From contig JBMTJI010000006.1 of the NCBI GenBank assembly GCA_049438185.1, forward strand, positions 10,859 to 74,858: a DNA stretch of 64,000 bases, in the 5' to 3' direction. Under the pieces are notes generated by a model that searched no databases, was not told where the DNA came from, and saw only the letters and a list, made by a program, of their open reading frames with translations. Made by a program: the position numbers and the translations under genes. This stretch comes from Candidatus Poseidoniaceae archaeon. GTDB taxonomy: Archaea > Thermoplasmatota > Poseidoniia > Poseidoniales > Poseidoniaceae. This document shows, piece by piece, positions 57,345 to 64,000 of the stretch (its first letter is position 1; every line of letters starts with the position of its first letter).

Positions 57345-58928
57345 TCAACTGTAAACTGGGAACTTGCCACCACCATAACTGACGGGTCCCTCTAATGCAA
57401 AGACTCGATCTCGCTGAACGCGTTCGAAATCGTTGTCTTTGTCGGAATAGGCGAGTGGTCGGTAGTAGGCGTTAATGTAGGTGCCATCCCTATTTGGATC
57501 CGGTTGTTCAATCCAATCGATGAGTGCGGATGCAGTATGCAGTAGCCACTTGTTGTTCGTTACATCAACAGATGCCTCGATGTAGCAACTATCCAATTCG
57601 ATGTTGTTCTCATTGCACCATTCCGTTGACATTGGTAGTTGGATATAGCCCCATGCGTGAGCTTCCCATTTTGTGTACGATTGACTTGAAAGAATGCCAA
57701 AGACATACCATCCAGGAATGCCCTTGGCTCGAAGCAAACTCAAGAATGCGTTCGTCTGTTCGTCACAGTCCCCTTGGCCTGCAGCAAGACAAGCAGGTCC
57801 GCTTAATGCGGGTGAGCCTGAGCCAGGGTCGGTGTAATACTCGATGTTTTCTCGAATGTAATCAAAAGCTGCCTTGGCAAACTTGAATGCGTTCTGATTG
57901 TTTTCTGGAAGATTTGAATCAATAGCTGATACAGCAGCAATAACGGTTGCACCAGTCGCATCAATAGCGTAATCAGGTCGATTTTTGTCGTACCATCGTA
58001 TGGCTGTGAAATCGTCAACTCGTTCACCAGATCCACGGTTTTCAAAATCATCAAACGTACCACTGTTCTGCTCAAGTATGCCGGATGCGAAACCAGGAAT
58101 TCGAGGATCAACGCCCTCATCTGCATCAGACCACCACGTATACGACTTCGAACTAATGGTCACAAGATACTCAAACGATGTAGCTTGGTTTGGACCAAGA
58201 TTGATGGTCACCTTGACACAAGGGCCGCCAATACAGTACTGGCTTCCAGTCCCCGATGTCCCAGGCCACCATACTTTGTGCCCACTCGCAGTTGTAATGG
58301 CTTCAGCATAGGTTCGTATTGCAGAGTTTTCAAGTGGAATATTGATCGACTGGCCATCGATTCGCAACTCAATCGATGTAACGTCCTGAATTTTCTGATT
58401 CGGGACATCTTGTGTGCCATCGGTATAGGTATACATCGAATTGCTATCCTCAAGGGCGTAAATGTCCGGTGAAATTGGCAATGTCTCGTTAAAGTACTCG
58501 CTCATGTCACTGTCCATATTCTCAAATGAAACGATTCGATTAAGGGTGTAATCTGCTTCGATGTCATACACCAAATAACCTGACGTTGGATTCATGATGA
58601 ATTCTTTAACTTCTGAAATTTTACCCATGGTCATTTCTCTCGCTTGTGGTGAAAGCATGATGAATGCGACGAGTCCGAGCATGATGAGGCTGCGAAAACG
58701 ATTCTTTCGACCCTTGAGGATATTCTTTGTTCTTCCACGATCGGTTTGGACAAGTCCTCTTCGCTGTGGTGTCGTGGTCATCTTGTACGCAGAAACGTGG
58801 TTGTGACGGTCTTTTTGCAGGTGGATTCGATGTTCCATAATCGAACTGTTGGCTAAAACCCTCCCACAGGAGTAGCAGATGGTATCACCATCCAGCGTCG
58901 TCGCAGCACAGTACGGGCAAGAACCCAT
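57345..58928 (-). CDS. Transglutaminase-like cysteine-protease-fold protein with N-terminal zinc ribbon and signal-anchor
   Basis: N-terminal CPYCAATTLDGDTICYSCG. TM (LIMLGLVAFIMLS). TGase core GDCDEQTNAFLSLLRAKGIPGWYVFG and WEAHAWGYIQL (Cys-His). Confidence 0.55.
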   Translation of the reverse strand: MGSCPYCAATTLDGDTICYSCGRVLANSSIMEHRIHLQKDRHNHVSAYKMTTTPQRRGLVQTDRGRTKNILKGRKNRFRSLIMLGLVAFIMLSPQAREMTMGKISEVKEFIMNPTSGYLVYDIEADYTLNRIVSFENMDSDMSEYFNETLPISPDIYALEDSNSMYTYTDGTQDVPNQKIQDVTSIELRIDGQSINIPLENSAIRTYAEAITTASGHKVWWPGTSGTGSQYCIGGPCVKVTINLGPNQATSFEYLVTISSKSYTWWSDADEGVDPRIPGFASGILEQNSGTFDDFENRGSGERVDDFTAIRWYDKNRPDYAIDATGATVIAAVSAIDSNLPENNQNAFKFAKAAFDYIRENIEYYTDPGSGSPALSGPACLAAGQGDCDEQTNAFLSLLRAKGIPGWYVFGILSSQSYTKWEAHAWGYIQLPMSTEWCNENNIELDSCYIEASVDVTNNKWLLHTASALIDWIEQPDPNRDGTYINAYYRPLAYSDKDNDFERVQRDRVFALEGPVSYGGGKFPVYS

Positions 58929-59014
58929 GCCTTCTTGGTTGAGCAGTCATGGTTTAATGGTTGTGTGAGATGACCGACCAAACGATTGATACGTGAGGTC
59001 TTGGGGGCGCGAAA

Positions 59015-59815
59015 TCACTCCTCTTCTGCTTGAATTGAGTTTGGCTGTTGAAGAAGTCTCGCAGCGACCTGTTTTTCCCGCTTTTTATCCGCTTGCATTC
59101 TTCGCCATCGTCGACGACCTTCTTTGGGTACTGAATCCCAAACCCATTTCTCTGCTGAATCCTGAACCAGCAGGATTGGTGGAATGATGAAAACCCAAGC
59201 CAGTGGGCTAAACCAAGCGAAATAGAACATTGTGAGCGAAGATGCTCTCCAGAATGTAGCTCTGAAAATAGCACCCCATCGCTTTCCTCTCAACATGAGC
59301 GTTCCATGAAATGCCGTGATGATGGCTTCAACTCGTGGTGCGAAAAACCCGATGAGCAATACTGTTAGGACATCCTGCAATCCATCGATCCCAGTCTGAA
59401 CTTTTCTCGTGATCAAAACGATGGCGAGCATCCCTCCAACTGCAAGACCGAGCGCCCATCCACTGGTTGCTTGTGAGCCGCCTTTTCGAACACGTTTTCG
59501 ACGAAGCAAAAAATGCATACCAATCGTTGCAATTAGAGGGATGAGAATCAGGCGAACGAGATTTAATTCCGCTGTTCGAGTCCCTGTCACTTGAGCCTCG
59601 TAATAGGGCAGAAACAGTGAGCTATCTGCATACGAAGCAAACGCCCCTCCGAGAAGGATTCCCCAAAACACCTGATTCCATGCAGTTGGCAAGTCATAGA
59701 ATCCAGAATATTTTGTCATCACTCCGCGCCAGCCCAACGTCATACCGATGAGGCCACATATTGCGGCAATCTGGAACGTGACAAAATCATTGACCACAAC
59801 ATATCCTGATAACAC
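59015..59815 (-). CDS. Polytopic membrane protein (hypothetical) with basic/acidic C-terminal tail
   Basis: 266 aa, ~7 hydrophobic segments, RRRWRRMQADKKREK tail. Confidence 0.4.
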   Translation of the reverse strand: MLSGYVVVNDFVTFQIAAICGLIGMTLGWRGVMTKYSGFYDLPTAWNQVFWGILLGGAFASYADSSLFLPYYEAQVTGTRTAELNLVRLILIPLIATIGMHFLLRRKRVRKGGSQATSGWALGLAVGGMLAIVLITRKVQTGIDGLQDVLTVLLIGFFAPRVEAIITAFHGTLMLRGKRWGAIFRATFWRASSLTMFYFAWFSPLAWVFIIPPILLVQDSAEKWVWDSVPKEGRRRWRRMQADKKREKQVAARLLQQPNSIQAEEE

Positions 59816-59877
59816 GCATACATAAGTTGGTTAGGAGTAAATGTGAGCAATGAGTTCAAACACCACCACAAAGTGTC

Positions 59878-61134
59878 ATGGTCATGGCGAGATTGTTGTT
59901 GTTCGGAGGAAAGGGTGGTGTTGGGAAAACAACAACCTCAGCATCAACCGCAGTATGGCTCGCAGACTCTGGTCTGAAAGTCCTTCTCGTATCGAGCGAT
60001 CCTGCTCACTCCACTTCGGACTCGCTTGGCGTTGACTTGTCATCGGAACCAACACCCGTTGATGGTGTACCTGGTCTGTTTGGCTTGGAATTGAACCCCG
60101 AAGCGAAGTTATCGACCTTTATGCCTAAACTTGGTGAAAGTCTCTCGGGCATGTCAACTTCTCCACTTGCAGCTTTTGGCGGTCTTGGTGGAATGTTCGA
60201 CCAATCAGCAAAAGAAGAAATGGAATCCATCAAAGAAGAGGTAGATTCGAGTGAATTAGTCCTTCCTGGACTCGATGAGGCGATAGCCTTTGATGAATTA
60301 CTCAAACATGTTGAAAATCCAGCATGGGATGTGATTGTATTCGATACGGCTCCGACAGGACATACACTTCGCTTCCTTTCCTTGCCAGAACTCATCGAGG
60401 CTTGGTCTGGACGTTTGCTTCGAATGATGCGAGTCTCTGGCGGTCTTCGTTCGATGCTTTTTGGACGGAAGCAAAGCGATGCCATGAAAGAAGAACTTGA
60501 GCGATTCCGCCGACGTGTTCTTCATGTACGCCGAGTATTGAGCGACCCATCAACAACCTCGTTCACCCTCGTGACCATTCCCGAACGGATGGGTGTGAAC
60601 GAAACCGTACGTGCAAATGCTTCACTGAACGAATACGAATTGCCCGTGACGGGATGTTTGGTCAATCGCGTAACACCCGAACTTGATCATCCATTCCTCC
60701 AGAGACGCCGTACCGAAGAACAAGGACACATTGCTGAGTTGGAAGACACGCTTAATATTCCAGTTACGACAATGGATTTGTTTGACTCTGAAGTACAAGG
60801 ATTGGAGCGATTACGAACGTATGGATCTCTTTTGTACGGAGAACCAAAGACACTTGGTGAGGAACTTGGACCGTACTCTGTAGGTGACCGATTGCATCAT
60901 TCCATCCATCGAGGTACATTTACGGAGATGGGAGATGGTGTTGAAATTATTCACCTTCATTTCCCTGGTTTGGAACGAGATGACCTTTCCTTACGTAGCG
61001 AAGAAGGTGTACTCTATGTCGGTGTCAACGGCCGAGAACATGCAATTCCAACAACTTCTCCAGCAAAATCGACACAGGTCAAGGCAAAACTTGAGGACGA
61101 TGTCCTTCGGCTTGAAGTTCCTCTCGATGAATGA
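59878..61134 (+). CDS. ArsA/Get3-family ATPase with C-terminal HSP20/alpha-crystallin-like domain
   Basis: Deviant Walker A GGKGGVGKTTTSAS, switch DTAPTGHTLR. C-terminal ~90 aa (GVEIIHLHFPGLERDDLSLRSEEGVLYVGV...LRLEVPL) looks like an ACD/CS beta-sandwich. Confidence 0.8.
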   Translation: MVMARLLLFGGKGGVGKTTTSASTAVWLADSGLKVLLVSSDPAHSTSDSLGVDLSSEPTPVDGVPGLFGLELNPEAKLSTFMPKLGESLSGMSTSPLAAFGGLGGMFDQSAKEEMESIKEEVDSSELVLPGLDEAIAFDELLKHVENPAWDVIVFDTAPTGHTLRFLSLPELIEAWSGRLLRMMRVSGGLRSMLFGRKQSDAMKEELERFRRRVLHVRRVLSDPSTTSFTLVTIPERMGVNETVRANASLNEYELPVTGCLVNRVTPELDHPFLQRRRTEEQGHIAELEDTLNIPVTTMDLFDSEVQGLERLRTYGSLLYGEPKTLGEELGPYSVGDRLHHSIHRGTFTEMGDGVEIIHLHFPGLERDDLSLRSEEGVLYVGVNGREHAIPTTSPAKSTQVKAKLEDDVLRLEVPLDE

Positions 61135-61175
61135 ACATCCGTTGGATTGAAAGGAGAAGGCTTGGTGGGTAATTT

Positions 61176-62546
61176 ATGGCGCTTGAAGGCCTATCACGTG
61201 GAATTTTCCGTTCACTCGGACTTCTTCGTAGCAAGCGTCGATTAAATGAAGAAGAACTCAAAGAAATGACCAAGAGTCTTCGTCGCGCTTTGCAAGAGGC
61301 AGATTTTAACGTTCGTCAAACAAAGGAAATCGTTGATCGCCTTGAAGAAAGAATGCGAGAAGAGGAACCACGTCCTGGTATCGATCTTCAGACGCATGCG
61401 ATGAATATCCTCTATCTCGAACTGGTTCGTATCCTTGGCAGTAGCCATGAATTCCAGCCGCGTGGTGCGACGCTTCTTCTCGTTGGGTTGTACGGACAAG
61501 GTAAGACGACCACGACCGCAAAACTAGCAGAATGGTATCGAAAAAAGCACGGTTTACGCGTTGCAGTGATTGAAGCCGACGTTCATCGTCCCGGAGCCTA
61601 TGCTCAACTTTCACAATTGCTTGAAGATTCAAGCGTTATGGTCTATGGAGAACCAGACGAGAAGGATGCGGCCACTATCGTGCGAAACGGTCTTGCAGCA
61701 TGTTCTGCTGCAGATTTGGTTATCGTCGATACAGCAGGACGCCACCAACTTGATGAAGAACTCGTTGAAGAATTAGAGCGCATTGCAGCAATAACAAGAG
61801 CAACGGAGCGATGGTTGGTTATTGATGCGCAGGTTGGGCAAGCTGCAGGTCCCGTAGCGGCCTCCTTCCATGACCTTGCTGGTGTAACAGGTATTGTTGT
61901 TACAAAACTGGACGGTACTGCACGTGGTGGTGGGGCACTGTCGGCTGTTGCTGCAACTGGTGCTCCATTGGTTCACATCGGTGTTGGTGAGAAGGTTTCG
62001 GATCTTGAAAAATTTGAAGCAGACCGTTTCATTTCACGACTTCTCGGGATGGGAGACATTCGTGGTCTGATTGACCTTGCACCCGAGGATTTGGATGAAG
62101 AGGAAGCAATGCGTTTGACGCAGCGTCTCATGTCCGGACGATTCACATTGAACGACATGTACAAACAGATGGAAATGATGGCAAAAGTCGGAACGATTGA
62201 CAAACTCATGTCGTTCCTTCCTGGTAGCATGTTTGGTGGGCTAGGTGGGATGTCAAAATCACAAAAAGAAGCCATGCAAGGCAATCTTGACCGTTATCGA
62301 ACCATTATGGATTCCATGACTGCTTGGGAGAAAAATGAGCCTGCAAAAATTAAGGCTGAACGCATTCAACGTATCGCTCGTGGTTCAGGTGTTAAGGAAA
62401 AGGATGTTCGCGAACTCATTGCACAATGGAAGCGTTCTCGCAAGATGATGAAGGGAATGGGTGGAAACCGTAAGTTGAACAAGCAAATGAGGAAGATGAT
62501 GAAGGATGGGGAGATGGATATGGATCCTTCATCGTTTGGAATGTAA
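61176..62546 (+). CDS. srp54: Signal recognition particle protein SRP54
   Basis: N domain, G domain LLVGLYGQGKTTTTAKLA, DTAGR, TKLDG. Met-rich M domain (KMMKGMGG...RKMMKDGEMDMD). Confidence 0.95.
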   Translation: MALEGLSRGIFRSLGLLRSKRRLNEEELKEMTKSLRRALQEADFNVRQTKEIVDRLEERMREEEPRPGIDLQTHAMNILYLELVRILGSSHEFQPRGATLLLVGLYGQGKTTTTAKLAEWYRKKHGLRVAVIEADVHRPGAYAQLSQLLEDSSVMVYGEPDEKDAATIVRNGLAACSAADLVIVDTAGRHQLDEELVEELERIAAITRATERWLVIDAQVGQAAGPVAASFHDLAGVTGIVVTKLDGTARGGGALSAVAATGAPLVHIGVGEKVSDLEKFEADRFISRLLGMGDIRGLIDLAPEDLDEEEAMRLTQRLMSGRFTLNDMYKQMEMMAKVGTIDKLMSFLPGSMFGGLGGMSKSQKEAMQGNLDRYRTIMDSMTAWEKNEPAKIKAERIQRIARGSGVKEKDVRELIAQWKRSRKMMKGMGGNRKLNKQMRKMMKDGEMDMDPSSFGM

Positions 62547-62549
62547 GCA

Positions 62550-62888
62550 TTGTGTGATCGCATGCGTCTCTATCACAATCCACGTTGCTCAAAATCAAGG
62601 CAAGCCGTTACGCTTCTGATAGAGGCAGGTGTAGAATTTGAGGATTATCGATACCTCTCCGAAGGCATCCATTCGGATGATCTTGAAATTCTTTCAGCCT
62701 TACCCGATATACTTCGACGAAACGATGTGGTTGGTTCATTCGATTTGGGAAATCTCAAATCCGATGCAATCAAAGAATTGCTTGTTGAACAACCAAAGTG
62801 CCTTGAGCGACCCGTACTTGTTTTCAATGGTAAGGCAGTGATTGGAAGGCCACCAGAGAAGATACTCGAATTTCTCCAACATCAATAG
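62550..62888 (+). CDS. ArsC/Spx-family thioredoxin-fold protein (arsenate reductase-like)
   Basis: MRLYHNPRCSKSRQ matches the ArsC/YffB N-terminal catalytic Cys motif. 112 aa. Confidence 0.7.
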   Translation: MCDRMRLYHNPRCSKSRQAVTLLIEAGVEFEDYRYLSEGIHSDDLEILSALPDILRRNDVVGSFDLGNLKSDAIKELLVEQPKCLERPVLVFNGKAVIGRPPEKILEFLQHQ

Positions 62889-64000
62889 GTCTTCGCTAGA
62901 AGTACACGACGTTTGGTTGGTTTTCCACTCATGTGGCATGGCAATTCATCTGTGAAAGAATCCGTCGAATCTCCAAGGAATGTGAGTCCTGTTGCTCGCT
63001 CAATCGCCTCTGCATGAGCATCTGTACCGTCGAAAGGTAATTCGTAAATGTGGCCATCCTTGACTTCTCCATCCATCTTCCATTCACCGTTTTCTTCGAC
63101 AAATGGTGGGAGTGGTTGAATCACATGTTCCATGTGCTGAGTTGAACGTTCCCTCAAGACATCGGAAATTTCGTTCAACACCTCGTTCACAGATTGAACG
63201 ATGGATTCCATTGGTAAGGGTTGTTTTCCACCTGTTCGTTTTGCTGCAAAAGCAGTTCCCTGTTCGACATCACGTGGCCCAATATCCAATCGAAGAGGGA
63301 CGCCTTTTATCTCCCAATCGTAATATTTCTGGCCAGGATGCAGGTCACGGTCGTCAACATGTACTCTCAAACCTGCGTCTCGCAGCGTATCTGCAACTTG
63401 ATGTGAAATTGCTACTGTATCAACTTCTGAATTCTTTCGAATCATTGGACAGATGACGACTTGCCATGGTGCAATCGCCGGCGGCATAATCAATCCAGAG
63501 TCATCGCCATGCATGCCGACAACAGCCCCCAGTAGTCGTTCAGACATCCCATATGTTGTCTGATGGACGTGTTGTTGCTTTGCATCCAGATTCTCGTATG
63601 TAATATCAAATGCCTTTGCCCATTGATCGAGATAGTGGTGACAACTTGCAACCTGTAGTGTTCGTCCATTCGGCATGACGGCATCGATTCCTATCGTGTA
63701 GTGTGCGCCAGGGAAGGTGTCCCATACAGGACGCTTTGCCTTGATGATTGGTAGGCACAATTTCTCCATCAACCGGTCAACAATTTCCAAATCTTGCTCA
63801 ATCTGCCGCGTAGCATCGGCTTCATCGGCATGTGCTGTGTGTGCTTCAAAGAAGTGAATCTCACGGACTCGGATAAACGAACGTGTTTGTTTCGTTTCAT
63901 ATCTGAACGTATTGACCATTTGGTATACTTTCAGTGGTAGGTCTTTGTGGCTACGAATCCACAATGGAAACATTGTGTACATTGCAGTTTCACTGGTTGG
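62882..64000 (-). CDS. proS: Prolyl-tRNA synthetase, archaeal/eukaryal type (partial: N-terminus lies beyond the window end)
   Basis: Class II motif 2/3 region (FRYETKQTRSFIRVREIHFFEAH). Archaeal-type C-terminal Zn domain (...CHMSGKPTKRRVLLAKTY). The frame stays open through 64000. Confidence 0.85.
   Translation of the reverse strand, partial: PTSETAMYTMFPLWIRSHKDLPLKVYQMVNTFRYETKQTRSFIRVREIHFFEAHTAHADEADATRQIEQDLEIVDRLMEKLCLPIIKAKRPVWDTFPGAHYTIGIDAVMPNGRTLQVASCHHYLDQWAKAFDITYENLDAKQQHVHQTTYGMSERLLGAVVGMHGDDSGLIMPPAIAPWQVVICPMIRKNSEVDTVAISHQVADTLRDAGLRVHVDDRDLHPGQKYYDWEIKGVPLRLDIGPRDVEQGTAFAAKRTGGKQPLPMESIVQSVNEVLNEISDVLRERSTQHMEHVIQPLPPFVEENGEWKMDGEVKDGHIYELPFDGTDAHAEAIERATGLTFLGDSTDSFTDELPCHMSGKPTKRRVLLAKTY

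Noticed and set aside
1-64000. Search for rRNA, tRNA, CRISPR arrays, IS/transposase or integrase genes
   Set aside because: The longest non-coding gaps are about 250 nt, mostly under 150 nt. None shows tRNA-like features such as the GGTTCGAATCC T-loop, direct repeats or transposase/integrase motifs. No tandem repeat structure was seen. tRNAscan, Infernal or CRISPR detection could not be run, so short ncRNAs cannot be formally excluded.

Overview
This 64 kb window is a gene-dense (about 1 gene per kb, no gap longer than ~250 nt) piece of an archaeal chromosome. The lineage call rests on archaeal/eukaryal-type informational genes: aEF-2, S12-S7, L37ae, SRP54, archaeal-type GlyRS and ProRS, RFC large subunit, TiaS, TrmY, the exosome-proteasome superoperon and Pcc1. 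GC is moderate by eye and the proteome is markedly acidic. Together with the eukaryote-like extracellular domains this is compatible with a planktonic Thermoplasmatota-like (Marine Group II-like) euryarchaeon. That is an inference, not something I computed.

Recognisable blocks:
(i) The conserved psmA-SBDS-Rrp4-Rrp41-Rrp42-L37ae-Pcc1-prefoldin beta-DHH superoperon.
(ii) The S12-S7-aEF2 (str) operon.
(iii) An isoprenoid lipid neighbourhood: thiolase coupled to a DUF35-like gene, isopentenyl phosphate kinase, a type-1 IDI fused to a GGPP synthase, and a UbiD-family decarboxylase.
(iv) tRNA and translation genes (TiaS, TrmY, Tpt1, Dph6-like, GlyRS, ProRS).
(v) TrkAH, ArsA/Get3 - SRP54 - ArsC, and Lhr.

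The candidates I consider most novel are:
- A co-directional operon of a double zinc-ribbon protein, an MreB/Ta0583-like actin, a bitopic membrane protein and Sir2.
- An archaeosortase-like membrane protein lying beside a 1208-aa surface protein (Cys-less C-type-lectin-like, LamG, three PPC, TSP3/EF-hand Ca motifs). A secreted PhoX-like protein elsewhere ends in a PGVG-TM-basic tail.
- The IDI1-GGPPS fusion.
- A SelO with a Cys-containing C-terminus.
- An ArsA with an HSP20-like C-terminal domain.

No rRNA, tRNA, CRISPR array or obvious mobile element was found. Many six-frame ORFs are antisense shadows of real genes.
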